Shown one piece after another: positions 31,233 through 41,659 of a stretch of DNA of 64,000 nucleotides; the stretch's first letter is position 1; every line of letters begins with the position of its first letter. Source of the stretch: an uncultured Verrucomicrobiae bacterium (GTDB lineage Bacteria; Verrucomicrobiota; Verrucomicrobiia; Limisphaerales; UBA8199); the NCBI GenBank assembly GCA_963822005.1, contig CAWGGD010000015.1, positions 479,555-543,554 on the forward strand, given 5' to 3'. Under the pieces are notes generated by a model that was not told where the DNA came from, did not search any database, and was given only the letters and a program-made list of their open reading frames with translations. The position numbers were made by a program, and so were the translations under genes.

Positions 31233-32768
31233 ATGAACCATACCATTCTCCTCGCCCAAGCGTCCCTCAGCAGCCTGGGAACCGTTGCCATGGTGGCCGT
31301 CGGCCTTGTCGTTGTCGTCGTGATCTTCGCGGCCATCTGGGCCAGCCGCTATATCAAGGTCGGCCCGAACGAGGTGCTCGTCGTCTCCGGCCGCAAGCAT
31401 CGCTACACGGACCCTGACGGCTCGGTGCAGAGCCGCGGCTTCCGAATCCGGAAAGGCGGCGGCACCTTCGTCATTCCGGTCATCGAGAAAGTGGACCGGC
31501 TGTCGCTCGAGCTGCTGACGATTGATGTGCAGCAGGAGCAGGACGTTTATACCAGCAAAGGCGTGCCCGTGCGCGTGGATGGCGTGGCGCAGATCAAGGT
31601 GAAGGGTGACGACATTTCCATCGCCACCGCCGCCGAACAGTTCCTGAGCAAGGACACCGAGGCGATCAAGAACATCGCCATGCAGACGCTGGAAGGGCAT
31701 CTGCGCGCGATTCTGGGCACGATGACGGTGGAAGACATTTACCAGAACCGCGATGCCTTCGCCCAGAAAGTCCAGGAGGTGGCGGCGGGCGACATGGCGA
31801 ACATGGGCCTGGGCATCGTCAGCTTCACCATTCGGGACATCAAGGATAGCCAGGGCTACCTCGACGCCTTGGGCAAGCCGCGCATCGCCCAGGTCAAACG
31901 CGACGCGCAGATCGCCCAGGCGGAGGCGGACCGCGACGCGATGATCAAGTCGTCCCAGGCGATCCAGGCGGGGCAGGAAGCGAAGTTCGCGGCGGATACC
32001 AGGATTGCCGAGGCCCAGCGGGATTACCAATCGAACGTCGCCCAATACCAGGCGGCGGTGAACCAGAAGAAAGCCGAAGCGGACCTGGCGTACGATTTGC
32101 AGAAGTACAAGACCGGCCAACTGGTGAAGGCCGAGGAGGTCCAGGTCAACATCATCGAGAAGCAGAAGCAGATCGAGCTGCAGCAGCAGGAAATCATGCG
32201 CAAACAGCGCGAGCTGGAAGCGAACGTGCAGAAGCCCGCTGACGCCGAGCGCTACAAGGTGGAAACACTGGCCAACGCCCGCAAGTTCCAGTTGGAGACC
32301 GAAGCCGCCGGATCGGCGTCGGCCACCAAGGCGACCGGTTTCGCGGCTGCGGACGTCGTCAAGGCGACCGGTATTGCGGAAGCGGATGCGAACAAGGCGC
32401 GCGGCTTGGCCCAGGCAGCCGTCATCGAGGCGCAAGGCAAAGCGACTGCCGAGGCGATGCGCGTCAAGGCCGAGTCCTTCAAGCAATACAACGAGGCGGC
32501 GGTGGTCGAGATGATCATCCGCGTGCTGCCCGAGGTCGCCGGCAAGATCAGCGAACCGCTGGCGAAGACCGAGAAGATGGTCATCATCAACTCCGGCAGC
32601 GGTGTGGGCGGCGGCGCAAGCAAGCTGACCGGCGACGTGACGCAGATTATGGCCCAGCTTCCGCCGATCATCGAGAGCCTCACGGGCATCAAGTTCGAGA
32701 AGCTGCTCGAACAGGTGCCCGGTCTCAAGAAGACGACGGAAACCGGCGGGTCAGAAGCCAAGAAGTAG
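31233..32768 (+). CDS. Flotillin-family SPFH/band-7 protein.
   Basis: An N-terminal transmembrane helix, an SPFH domain and a long Ala/Glu/Gln-rich coiled coil (flotillin repeats). Confidence 0.9.
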   Translation: MNHTILLAQASLSSLGTVAMVAVGLVVVVVIFAAIWASRYIKVGPNEVLVVSGRKHRYTDPDGSVQSRGFRIRKGGGTFVIPVIEKVDRLSLELLTIDVQQEQDVYTSKGVPVRVDGVAQIKVKGDDISIATAAEQFLSKDTEAIKNIAMQTLEGHLRAILGTMTVEDIYQNRDAFAQKVQEVAAGDMANMGLGIVSFTIRDIKDSQGYLDALGKPRIAQVKRDAQIAQAEADRDAMIKSSQAIQAGQEAKFAADTRIAEAQRDYQSNVAQYQAAVNQKKAEADLAYDLQKYKTGQLVKAEEVQVNIIEKQKQIELQQQEIMRKQRELEANVQKPADAERYKVETLANARKFQLETEAAGSASATKATGFAAADVVKATGIAEADANKARGLAQAAVIEAQGKATAEAMRVKAESFKQYNEAAVVEMIIRVLPEVAGKISEPLAKTEKMVIINSGSGVGGGASKLTGDVTQIMAQLPPIIESLTGIKFEKLLEQVPGLKKTTETGGSEAKK

Positions 32769-32783
32769 CCGGAGAAGATACCT

Positions 32784-33020
32784 ATGGAAGCGCTGCATGG
32801 CGGAGGAGCTGTGGGGATCGTAGGATTGCTGTTTCTGTTGGTAGCACTCGTGGTGGGAGTGGCGGCGTTCGCCTTCTGGATCTGGATGTTGATCCACGCC
32901 ATTACGAACAAAGGGCTGACGGACGGAGAGAAGATCGCCTGGGTCCTGGTCGTCTTGTTCCTGCATGTCCTCGGGGCCTTAATCTACTTCTTCATAGGCC
33001 GCCCCAAAGCGACCGGGTAG
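32784..33020 (+). CDS. Small membrane protein with a PLD-nuclease N-terminal (PLDc_N) domain.
   Basis: The motif WIWMLIHAITNKGLTDGEKIAWVLVVLFLHVLGALIYFFIGR matches PLDc_N. Confidence 0.7.
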   Translation: MEALHGGGAVGIVGLLFLLVALVVGVAAFAFWIWMLIHAITNKGLTDGEKIAWVLVVLFLHVLGALIYFFIGRPKATG

Positions 33021-33041
33021 CGACCTCAACCGGGGGTCACC

Positions 33042-33941
33042 ATGCGCCTGTTCGAAGCCATCATAGATGCCAACCACCGGGCGGTGGAGGGTGACCAGAA
33101 AGCCGGCCTGCACCCGGCGGAGTTCGAGAATGAGCTGCCGGTGGTGGCGCTGACGTGTATTGATCCCCGCCTCAATCCGCTTATTCCCGAGGTGCTGGGG
33201 GTGCCGGAGAGCCAATTCATCTGGCTGCGCAACGCGGGCAACATCATCACCGGTCCGCTGAGCAGCACCATGCGTTCGCTCGCGTTGGCCTGCGCCGTCA
33301 AGGGCGGCAAGGAAATCGCCATCATCGGGCACACCGATTGCCTGGTCGGCAAAACGACCGCGATGGAACTGATTGACCGGTTTCGCGCCCTGGGGGTCGA
33401 GCGGCATCTGCTGCCCGCCAACGTCAACGAGTTCTTCGGCATGTTCGCCAGCGAGCGGGCCAATGTCATCAAGGCGGTGGACATCGCGCGCCAGAGCACG
33501 CTAATCGGGGCGAAGATTCCCGTGCACGGGTTGCTGGTGGATATCGAGACGGGAAAGGTCGAGTGGCTGGTCAACGGCTATCAATCGCTCGACACGATGG
33601 GCACGCGCCTGAAGGAGACCGTGGCGGCCGCCGGCCACACGCTGGATGCGTTGAAGTCGCTGACCGACTTCGAGATCGGCGGGATCAAGTTCCCCGAAAC
33701 CAAGATCGGCGAAGCGGTCACCCAGGCGGAAGACTGGCTTTCCGGCAAGCTCCAGCAACTCGAAACGAAACCGCCGGCCGCGCCCGCAGCGCCGGCCGCA
33801 CCCCCGAAGATTCGGGTGCTGCAGGCTTCCGCCGAGGCCTGGCGCCGGGAGCGGCAGCGGGCGAAGGTTGCCGCACCTCCGGAATCCCCTGCCCCGCCGC
33901 CGCTCGCGCCTAAACTCCGTTTTCGCAAGGGACCTAAATGA
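33042..33941 (+). CDS. Beta-class carbonic anhydrase family protein with an Ala/Pro-rich C-terminal extension.
   Basis: The Zn-ligand motifs CIDPR and GHTDC are present. Confidence 0.65.
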   Translation: MRLFEAIIDANHRAVEGDQKAGLHPAEFENELPVVALTCIDPRLNPLIPEVLGVPESQFIWLRNAGNIITGPLSSTMRSLALACAVKGGKEIAIIGHTDCLVGKTTAMELIDRFRALGVERHLLPANVNEFFGMFASERANVIKAVDIARQSTLIGAKIPVHGLLVDIETGKVEWLVNGYQSLDTMGTRLKETVAAAGHTLDALKSLTDFEIGGIKFPETKIGEAVTQAEDWLSGKLQQLETKPPAAPAAPAAPPKIRVLQASAEAWRRERQRAKVAAPPESPAPPPLAPKLRFRKGPK

Positions 33942-34591
33942 CCGAGCAAACCCCAAAGCCCCGCAAGGGTTGTTTCTTTTACGGGTGCATCACCAGCCTC
34001 GTGCTGCTGGTTCTGTTGCTGGGGGCGTTGCTGCTCGGGCTGCATTACGTGAAGAAGCTGGTCAATCGCTTCACCGACACCCAGCCCATGGCGCTCCCAA
34101 CCCTCCAGATGTCGCGGCCGGAGATTGACAAGGTCAAGGAGCGCTTCGAGGCCTTCCGGGTAGCGGTCCGCGAGCGGCGCCCCACCAAGCCGCTGGTATT
34201 GACCGCCGACGAGATCAACGCGCTGATCGCCAGCGGCCCGGACCAGCAGGCCCTGAAGGGCAAGTTTTATGTCCGCCTCGAAGCCAACCAGTTGAAGAGC
34301 GAGGTCAGCTTGCCGCTGCAAGATGTCGGGTTGAGGATGTTCAAAGGCCGCTACCTGAATGGCAGCGCCACGTTCGACCTGGCTTTTCGCAACGGCGTGC
34401 CCTTTGTCTCGGCGCAGAGCATTCTGGTGAAAGGCAAGCCGCTGCCCGAGCTTTACATGCGGGAAATCCGCAAGGAGAACCTCGCTGCCGGCCTGGTCAA
34501 CGAGCCCGATGCGGTTGCAGTGCTGCAAGGACTCCAGGATATCCAGGTCAGAGACGGCAAGCTGGTGCTCGAGCCCAAAGAGAAGCAGTGA
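33938..34591 (+). CDS. Hypothetical membrane-anchored protein.
   Basis: An N-terminal transmembrane helix. Its ATGA overlaps the upstream stop. Confidence 0.5.
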   Translation: MTEQTPKPRKGCFFYGCITSLVLLVLLLGALLLGLHYVKKLVNRFTDTQPMALPTLQMSRPEIDKVKERFEAFRVAVRERRPTKPLVLTADEINALIASGPDQQALKGKFYVRLEANQLKSEVSLPLQDVGLRMFKGRYLNGSATFDLAFRNGVPFVSAQSILVKGKPLPELYMREIRKENLAAGLVNEPDAVAVLQGLQDIQVRDGKLVLEPKEKQ

Positions 34592-34789
34592 CGGGGAGTC
34601 GTGCTTGGTGAAACGGGAGAGGTATCGCTGGTGCGAGAGCCCGTTGCAAGGGCGGGCTAAGACAAAGACTTTGTCGCAGCCTTTGTCGCCACCTTCGTCG
34701 GCTGGGCTGTTTCTCGACAATTGTTGCGTTGAAGGTCGCGACGAAGGTGCTCGACCGAGCCGGGGGCAACACCCTCTCAATTCTCCACG

Positions 34790-36151
34790 ATGAAGGCAGG
34801 CTCCAGTTACGCACGTCAGCGACTATGGCGGTGGATATGGCCGGGGCTGGCTCTGACAGGATGGGGCGGGCTGGTGTTCTTGAGCCATTGGCCTGCGTCA
34901 AGCGCCGTCCTCTGGACCAACCGTCTGTTTGGATGGATCGTTCTGCTTACTTATTTGAGCTTGTGGGCCTGGTGGCTGGCCCCGCGCTGGGCCGAGCGGC
35001 AAGCCTGGTTCCGCTGCGTCCTGGTCAATCTGGCCGTGGTCATTACCTGGCTGGGCTTGGAATTGCCAGCCGCAGTGAACCTGCTGAATTGGGGCGTCCT
35101 CCTGGATCGGCTGATAGCTCCTCAGGCCGTCAATCACCAGTATCGAACTGCCTTCGTCCTGGACCCGGAACTGGAGTTTCGGAGGCCACCTCATGTCCGC
35201 TGGTCGGGCCCCGCCACCACCGACCTGGAAGCCCAGTGGTTGGTGCGGCCCAGTGTCTCCCGGTTCCTCAGCTTCACCTATGATGCGCGGGGTTATCGCA
35301 ATGCCACCGACCCGGACCGGGCCGAAATCGTCGTGTTGGGGGACTCTTTCGTGGATGGTTGGTATGTGACGGACAAGGAAACCACCGCCAGCGTGCTCGC
35401 AGCCGCGTTGGGCCAGCCGGTCGCCAACCTTGGCGTGGCCGGCTACGGAACCATGCAGGAGCTGATCGTGCTCAAACGGGAGGCGCCGCGTCTCCGCCCT
35501 GCAGTGGTCGTGTGGTTCTTCTTCGAGGGGAATGACTTTTACGATGATTGGCGGTGGGAAAGAGCGATCAAGGGCCTCGCTCGGGCTAAGGCCAGCAGCC
35601 ACAGCCCAGGCCAGCCGGTAACCCGGGCGCACACCTGGCGCCAACGGTCCCTGGCAGGCAATTTCCTCCGCCTCCTTCGCGCTTGGAGTGATCCCCTGGT
35701 CCCCAACCGGGTCCCGTACTTCGGGTGCCTGACCACACCGCCAACCGATCGCCAAGCCATCGCCTTCTCCGATTGTGCCTCGGTCGCGTGGTCGCCATGG
35801 CTGGCTGATCGCTGGCGCCAAACCCAAGTGGCCTTCGAGGAAGGAGCCCGCTTTTGTCGCCAACAGGGCATCCATCTGATCCTCTGCTATGTGCCGGACA
35901 AGTTCCGGGTCTATCGGCCATTCGTCGAATTCCCACCCGATAGCCCCTGTCAGCAATGGACGCTCTGGCCGCTACCGGCCGACTTCGCCGAGTTTTGTCG
36001 CGCCGCCCAAATACAGTTTCTAGACCTGACCGGCCCGCTCCAGGAATCGGTGCGCCAGGGCGGAATGCCCTACTCTTCGGCTGATTCTCATTGGGGTCCC
36101 GAAGGCCACAAGCTGGTCGCCGCCATCCTGCGCGAGCAGCTCAATCACTGA
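34790..36151 (+). CDS. Membrane-anchored SGNH/AlgX-AlgJ-like hydrolase or acyltransferase.
   Basis: An N-terminal transmembrane region, a VLGDSFVDGW motif and a C-terminal ADSHWGPEGH (DHHW-like) motif. Confidence 0.5.
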   Translation: MKAGSSYARQRLWRWIWPGLALTGWGGLVFLSHWPASSAVLWTNRLFGWIVLLTYLSLWAWWLAPRWAERQAWFRCVLVNLAVVITWLGLELPAAVNLLNWGVLLDRLIAPQAVNHQYRTAFVLDPELEFRRPPHVRWSGPATTDLEAQWLVRPSVSRFLSFTYDARGYRNATDPDRAEIVVLGDSFVDGWYVTDKETTASVLAAALGQPVANLGVAGYGTMQELIVLKREAPRLRPAVVVWFFFEGNDFYDDWRWERAIKGLARAKASSHSPGQPVTRAHTWRQRSLAGNFLRLLRAWSDPLVPNRVPYFGCLTTPPTDRQAIAFSDCASVAWSPWLADRWRQTQVAFEEGARFCRQQGIHLILCYVPDKFRVYRPFVEFPPDSPCQQWTLWPLPADFAEFCRAAQIQFLDLTGPLQESVRQGGMPYSSADSHWGPEGHKLVAAILREQLNH

Positions 36152-36183
36152 TCCCGCCCGTTGGCGGCACGGACGGCTGAATC

Positions 36184-37425
36184 TCAGCTTGACGGCTCAG
36201 TCCGCGTGCCGAGCAGTTGCTGCACCGAGATCCCTCGCAGTTCGAACAGCCGCCGAATGGCGTCCTCAATCAGGTTGTTCGGACACGATGCGCCCGCCGT
36301 GATGCCGACTGTCACCTTGCCTGCCGGCAGCCAGTTGGCCGTCTCGACCTCCTCGTGCCGGTGCTGGTCATAATGCTGAATCGCCTGGTCTGATTTCATC
36401 TTGGCGGCGTTCTTGATGAAGTAAGTCGGCAGCTTCGCCTCGCCCATTTCCGCGAGGTGTGAGGTGTTCGACGAGTTGTATCCTCCGATCACCAGCAGCA
36501 GGTCGGGCGGCTCCTGCAACAGCTTCTCCAGCGCGTCCTGCCGGTCCTGCGTCGCCCCGCAGATGGTGTCGAAGAAACGAAAGTGCCGGCCGATTTCCTG
36601 TTCGCCGTATTTCTGCACCATCGCCCGGCGCAGGCGCCGCTGCACTTCCTCGGTCTCGCCCCGGAGCATCGTGGTTTGATTGGCAACTCCGATCGCCTGC
36701 AGATGGACGTCGGGATCGAAACCCTCGGAATACGCCCCCTTGAATTTCTCCAGGAATGCGGCTTTGTCCCCGCCGTTCACAATGTAGTGACAGACGTAGT
36801 CCGTCTCGGCCAGTGTGAACACGACGAGGTAGTGGCCCCCGCCGTTGGCCATCGCCTGTGAGCTGGTGGCTTTGGTCTCCTCGTGCCACGCCTTGCCGTG
36901 AATGATGCTCGTCACCTTGTCCTTGGAATACTGCCGCACCCGCTTCCAGACGCTCATCACGTCCCCGCAGGTCGTATCCACGAAACGGCAGCCTTTCGCC
37001 TCGAGCTGTTCCCGCATCGAAACCTCCGTCCCGAAAGCGGGAATGATGACGATGTCATCCTTCTGCAAATCCGCAATGTCCGCGTCTTTCTCTTTGCCGG
37101 ACAGAAACTTGATGCCCATCGCGCGAATTTGGTCGTTCACTTCCGGATTATGGATGATTTCACCGAGGATATAGATCGGCTGACCGGGAAAGACCTTGCG
37201 CGCGGCATAGGCCAGGTCAATGGCCCGCTCGACGCCGTAGCAAAAACCGAACTGCTTCGCGAGCTTGATGGTCAGATCGCCGGCCGACAGCAGATGACCG
37301 CCGGCCCGGATGCGCTCCACCACGTCGCTGCGATAATGCGACAGCACCTGGGCCTGAACCGCCGCCATGACATCGGGACGGCGAAGGTTGATTTTCTGCG
37401 GCGCGGGAGGCGCTTCGGTTGACAT
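36184..37425 (-). CDS. ispH: 4-hydroxy-3-methylbut-2-enyl diphosphate reductase (IspH/LytB), long form.
   Basis: FGFCYGVERAI...IYILGEIIHNPEV...CPNNLIE are conserved. Confidence 0.9.
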   Translation of the reverse strand: MSTEAPPAPQKINLRRPDVMAAVQAQVLSHYRSDVVERIRAGGHLLSAGDLTIKLAKQFGFCYGVERAIDLAYAARKVFPGQPIYILGEIIHNPEVNDQIRAMGIKFLSGKEKDADIADLQKDDIVIIPAFGTEVSMREQLEAKGCRFVDTTCGDVMSVWKRVRQYSKDKVTSIIHGKAWHEETKATSSQAMANGGGHYLVVFTLAETDYVCHYIVNGGDKAAFLEKFKGAYSEGFDPDVHLQAIGVANQTTMLRGETEEVQRRLRRAMVQKYGEQEIGRHFRFFDTICGATQDRQDALEKLLQEPPDLLLVIGGYNSSNTSHLAEMGEAKLPTYFIKNAAKMKSDQAIQHYDQHRHEEVETANWLPAGKVTVGITAGASCPNNLIEDAIRRLFELRGISVQQLLGTRTEPSS

Positions 37426-37608
37426 ACCTGCCCCACTCTACCATGAACCCGCTCGTCGTCCAGCAGCAAGCCCGCCGCCGCCTCAGTGAATTGCATATTG
37501 GGGTTGCCGCCCCGCCCGCCCAGGGCTAGGCTGGCGAAGCAGTGAAACCGCATCCGCCATTAATCCGATGCTGCGTGCCTGAACAAGACAAAACAAGGAA
37601 GCACAACC

Positions 37609-38964
37609 ATGAAAGACAATCTGACACTCACACGACGTAGTTTCATTCGTACCGCCGCCGCGGGGTCCGTCGCGCTGAGCTGGCTCGGCGCGGGCCGGGC
37701 GCCCCGGGCCTACGCCGCCGAGGCGGCCAAGCCGGCCCTGCTCGGCGGCACGCCCGTCCACCAGGGCGGGTGGGCCCGCTGGCCACAGTGGCGCGAAGCC
37801 TGGGAGCCGGAGCTGCTGAAGGTCTGGCGCAGCGGCCATTGGTTTCGCGGCTCCGCCGAGCACGTGGCGGACTTCGAGCGCGGCTACGCCAAGCTGCTGG
37901 GCGCCAAACGTTGCCTGGCGACCGCCAGCGGCACCACCGCCCTGATCGTCAGCCTCCACGTCATGGACGTGGACGCCGGCGACGAGGTAATCGTCTCCCC
38001 CTACACCTTCATCGCCAGCTACAACGCCATCCTCACCAGCATGGCCCTGCCGGTGTTCGCCGACACCGACCCGGCCACGCTCACCGTGGACCCGGCCTCC
38101 ATCGAGAGCCGCATCACCGACCGCACTCGCGCCCTCATGCCGGTGCACATTTTCGGCATGCCGTGCGACATGGACCCGATCAACGCCCTGGCTCGCAAGC
38201 ACAAGCTGGCCGTCGTCGAGGACGCCTGCCAGGCGTGGCTCGCGGAATACAAAGGCCGCAAGTGCGGCACGCTCGGCGACTTGGGGTGCTTCAGCTTCCA
38301 GGAATCCAAGCACATTCCTTCCGGCGAAGGCGGCGCGATCACGGGCATGAGCGACGAACTGATTGACAAGTGCGACTCCTTCCACAATTGCGGCCGCGCT
38401 GTCGGCACGAACAAGGGGAATGGAAGTTTCACCCGCGGCAACAACTACCGGATGACCCAGGCGCAGGCGGTCCTGCTTATGCAGCAGTTCGACAAGCTGG
38501 TGCAGGAGACCGAAGTCCGCCGCGCCAACGCCGACTACTTGAGCGCTAACCTCGGCAAGATCCCCGGCATCACACCCGTCCGCCTGCCCGACAACAGCCG
38601 GCCAGTATGGCACCTCTACTCGTTCCGCTACGACGCCGCGCAGTTCAACGGCCTGTCCCGTGAGAAGTTCTCGAAGGCGATGGCGGCCGAAGGTGTGCCT
38701 TGCGGCGGCGTTTATCGCGAGCAGTATTACGACGGCCTGCTCGATGAGGCGATCGCCTCGCGCGGCTTCAAGCGGCTTTGGAGCGCCAAACGCCTCAAGG
38801 CCTACCGCGACAGCTTCCACGAGTTGAAAGGCAACAAGCAGGTCTGCGAGACGACCGTTTCCTTTGGCCAAAACATGCTCCTGGCCGACCGCAGCGGCAT
38901 GGACGACATCCTCGAAGCCATTCGCAAAATCCAGGCCCACAGCGCAGAGCTGGCGAAAGCCTGA
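37609..38964 (+). CDS. DegT/DnrJ/EryC1/StrS-family PLP-dependent aminotransferase with an N-terminal twin-arginine (Tat) signal.
   Basis: The RRSFIRTAAAGSVAL Tat motif, then the DegT fold (VSPYTFIASYNAI, SFQESKHIPSGEGG). Confidence 0.85.
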   Translation: MKDNLTLTRRSFIRTAAAGSVALSWLGAGRAPRAYAAEAAKPALLGGTPVHQGGWARWPQWREAWEPELLKVWRSGHWFRGSAEHVADFERGYAKLLGAKRCLATASGTTALIVSLHVMDVDAGDEVIVSPYTFIASYNAILTSMALPVFADTDPATLTVDPASIESRITDRTRALMPVHIFGMPCDMDPINALARKHKLAVVEDACQAWLAEYKGRKCGTLGDLGCFSFQESKHIPSGEGGAITGMSDELIDKCDSFHNCGRAVGTNKGNGSFTRGNNYRMTQAQAVLLMQQFDKLVQETEVRRANADYLSANLGKIPGITPVRLPDNSRPVWHLYSFRYDAAQFNGLSREKFSKAMAAEGVPCGGVYREQYYDGLLDEAIASRGFKRLWSAKRLKAYRDSFHELKGNKQVCETTVSFGQNMLLADRSGMDDILEAIRKIQAHSAELAKA

Positions 38965-39119
38965 GGTTGCCCGGAAATCCGTAATATGCCCTGCGCCTCA
39001 AACCTGACCATGATTCTCCCTCGCCCTTCCGACTCGCCGCGCTGTCGCGCCGTCGCAGCGGGAGGGGAGAGGGCGCTATGTGTAGTTCATTCGGCGGTCC
39101 GTCCTGTGAGAGCGCTCCG

Positions 39120-40547
39120 ATGAAAACTCTTCGCCTGTTTTGCCGGTGCTGCTGCCTCGGGCTGATTCTGTCCCTGGTGCTGTTCGTGCCGGCACTTGGA
39201 ATCACGGGAGAGAACTCGACCCCCGAAGTCGGCATCGCCGTGCGCGACATCACCCCCGAGCTGCCCATCCGGCTGGCCGGTTACGCGGGGCGGAAGCAGG
39301 CTGCCGACAAGCTGGACCATCCGCTGCTGGTCCAGGCCCTGGCGCTGAAGAACGGGTCAGGCGAGCGGTTCGTGTTCGTGGCACTCGACAACTGCGAGGT
39401 GAGCCGCGCCTTCATGCAGCCGCGTCCTGCAACAGCTCGCCGACCAGTTCCAACTGGGCCGCGGCGCGGTCGCCGTCGTCTCCAGCCACACCCATTCGGC
39501 GCCGGTGCTGGAACAGACGCTGACCGACATGGCCCAGCCGCCGCCCGGCGGATCGCGAGCAGATCGCCAAATACAGCCGCTTGCTGCGGGCCAAACTCGT
39601 GGAAGTGGTCGGCGCCGCGCTGGCCGACTGCCAGCCGGCAACGCTCGAGCACGGCCTGGGCCGCGCCGCCTTCGCCATGAACCGCCGCGTTTATCAGGGC
39701 GACAAGGTCGTCTTCGGCGACAACCCCGACGGCCCGGTGGACTGGGACGTGCCCGTGCTGCGGGTCAAGGGAACCAACGGCGCCGTCCGCGCCATTCTGT
39801 TCGGCTACGCCTGCCATGGCACCTCCGTTCGCGGCGGCGACGATTGGTATGTGGTCTCCGGCGAATACATGGCCTACGCCCGCCAGCACCTCGAAGCCCA
39901 CCAGCCCGGCGCCGTCGCGATGTTCCTCACGGGCATGGGCGCGGATTCCGACCCGGCGCCGCGGGGCCGGTTGCTCGACGCCAAACGCCATGGCCTGGAA
40001 CTGGCCGGCGCCGTCATCGGCGTGCTGGACCGTCCCATGCGCCCGGTCCGCGGCGCCTTCAAGCTGGCCTACGACGAAGTCGAACTGCCGCTGGCGGCTC
40101 CTCCGACCCGCGAGCAGTTGGAGCAGGACGCGCGGAGCGAGGACGTCCATCTGAAGCGGCGGGCTGAGGCTTACCTGAAGTCGCTGAACGCGGGCCAACC
40201 GCTGCCGCAGTCGGTCAACTTGCCGATCGCCGTCTTGCGCCTCGGCGACGATCTCACCTTCGTGCTCATGGCGCGGCGAAGTGGTGGTGGATTACTCGCG
40301 CCGCCTCAAGCGCCTGCTGGCCGCCGATCACCCGTGGCCGATCGGCTATGCCTACGAAGTGCCCTGCTACATCCCCTCCGCGCGCCTGATCAAGGAAGGC
40401 GGATACGAGACCGAGTCCTCGATGATCTACTATGGCTACTACGGCCCTTTTCGCGGCGAGATTGAGACGCAGGTTGCTGAACCGGCTCCAAACGCTGGTG
40501 AGCCAGGTGCGCACACGACCCTGAGGCGGTCATCCAGCACTGGTTGA
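39120..40547 (+). CDS. Neutral/alkaline ceramidase-like hydrolase with a signal peptide. It is split over 3 frames, with frameshifts near 39400-39500 and near 40265.
   Basis: ORFs 39078-39680, 39581-40465 and 40281-40547 read contiguously as one ceramidase-like protein. Confidence 0.5.
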
Positions 40548-40656
40548 CGCAATGGCCGCGGCCGCTGATGACTAATGCTTGATAGCTGACACGCTGAAGG
40601 CGGCCCGATTTGTTATTGCGCCCTGGCAGCCTTGTGGGATATTGGACGCGCAGTTG

Positions 40657-40734
40657 CCGGAGCGTAGCTCAGCCTGGTAGAGCACTTGGTTTGGGACCAA
40701 GACGTCGCAGGTTCAAATCCTGTCGCTCCGACCA
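40657..40734 (+). tRNA. tRNA-Pro (anticodon TGG) with encoded CCA.
   Basis: A manual cloverleaf fold gives acceptor stem CGGAGCG/CGCTCCG, a D-arm, anticodon loop TTTGGGA, T-loop TTCAAAT, and discriminator A plus CCA. Confidence 0.85.
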
Positions 40735-41045
40735 CTATTCCGATACAGATGGCATTGGAGAAAGTGAAGGTCAGGGCGATTGTAGATTTGAGGGCGTTGG
40801 CGCCGCTGACACAGCCCTGACACAGAATCCGCCCGAATCCGCCGAGCCAGACATGAAATGGCCAAAGAAGATCAAGCACCGCAATGGTTCACAAGAACTA
40901 CAAGGGCCTGATGAACAAGAAAGACGGTGAAGCCTGGTTCGCCGTCGCGCCAGCCGGAGCCGCGAACATCATACCCCTGCCCGCACACCAGGGCGCGCAC
41001 TGATACGCGCGGGCATGTTGACACGTATAACGCTTAGCGTTATAG

Positions 41046-41336
41046 TTGCCACAGATGATTCGCAGCTTCGCCTGCCACGAAACTGAAAGGCTGTTCAACG
41101 ATGAATCCTCGCGGCGGTTGCCGACGCAGATTCACCGCGCGGCACGGCGAAAACTGCTGTTGCTGCATCAGGCTCGGGGCCTGAACGATTTGCGCGTGCC
41201 CTACGGCAACCATCTGGAAGCTTTGAAAGGCAACCGGGCCGGCCAGCACAGCATCCGCATCAATGACCAGTGGCGCCTTTGCTTTCGGTGGCAGGGCCAG
41301 GATGCGTTCGACGTCGAAATAGCGGACTACCATTGA
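41046..41336 (+). CDS. higB: HigB/RelE-superfamily toxin (plasmid maintenance killer protein).
   Basis: The ORF is about 96 aa and is immediately followed by an XRE-HTH antitoxin with a 5-bp spacing. Confidence 0.85.
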   Translation: MPQMIRSFACHETERLFNDESSRRLPTQIHRAARRKLLLLHQARGLNDLRVPYGNHLEALKGNRAGQHSIRINDQWRLCFRWQGQDAFDVEIADYH

Positions 41337-41341
41337 AGATT

Positions 41342-41659
41342 ATGAAAACGAACAAACTGCCCCCGATTCATCCAGGGGAAATCCTCCGTGAGGAGTTTAT
41401 GAAGCCGCGTGGCCTGTCCCAAAATGCCCTGGCACGGGCGTTGAACGTGCCGCCGCGGCGTGTTAACGAAATCGTCCTGGAACAGCGCAGCGTCACGGCG
41501 GACACCGCCTTGCGGCTGGCGCGCTACTTCGGCACCAGCGCGGAAATGTGGACCGGCTTGCAGGCCGATTACGATTTGCGCCTGGCCCGTTACCGGAAGG
41601 CGCGAATTATCGAGCGCGAAATCGAGCCGCTGGCCGCTTTGCACCCGGTCCCCGCTTGA
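41342..41659 (+). CDS. higA: HigA antitoxin (XRE-family HTH).
   Basis: GEILREEFMKPRGLSQNALARALNVPPRRVNEIV matches the HigA family. Confidence 0.85.
   Translation: MKTNKLPPIHPGEILREEFMKPRGLSQNALARALNVPPRRVNEIVLEQRSVTADTALRLARYFGTSAEMWTGLQADYDLRLARYRKARIIEREIEPLAALHPVPA

Noticed and set aside
31215-32486. A 423-aa minus-strand ORF.
   Set aside because: It is antisense to flotillin. This is a shadow ORF.
37483-38940. A 485-aa minus-strand ORF.
   Set aside because: It is antisense to the DegT aminotransferase, which has clear family motifs. This is a shadow ORF.
40735-41045. A possible integrase or att-site downstream of tRNA-Pro.
   Set aside because: There is no integrase-like ORF, and I found no direct repeat of the tRNA 3' end by eye. 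This is kept only as a low-interest finding.
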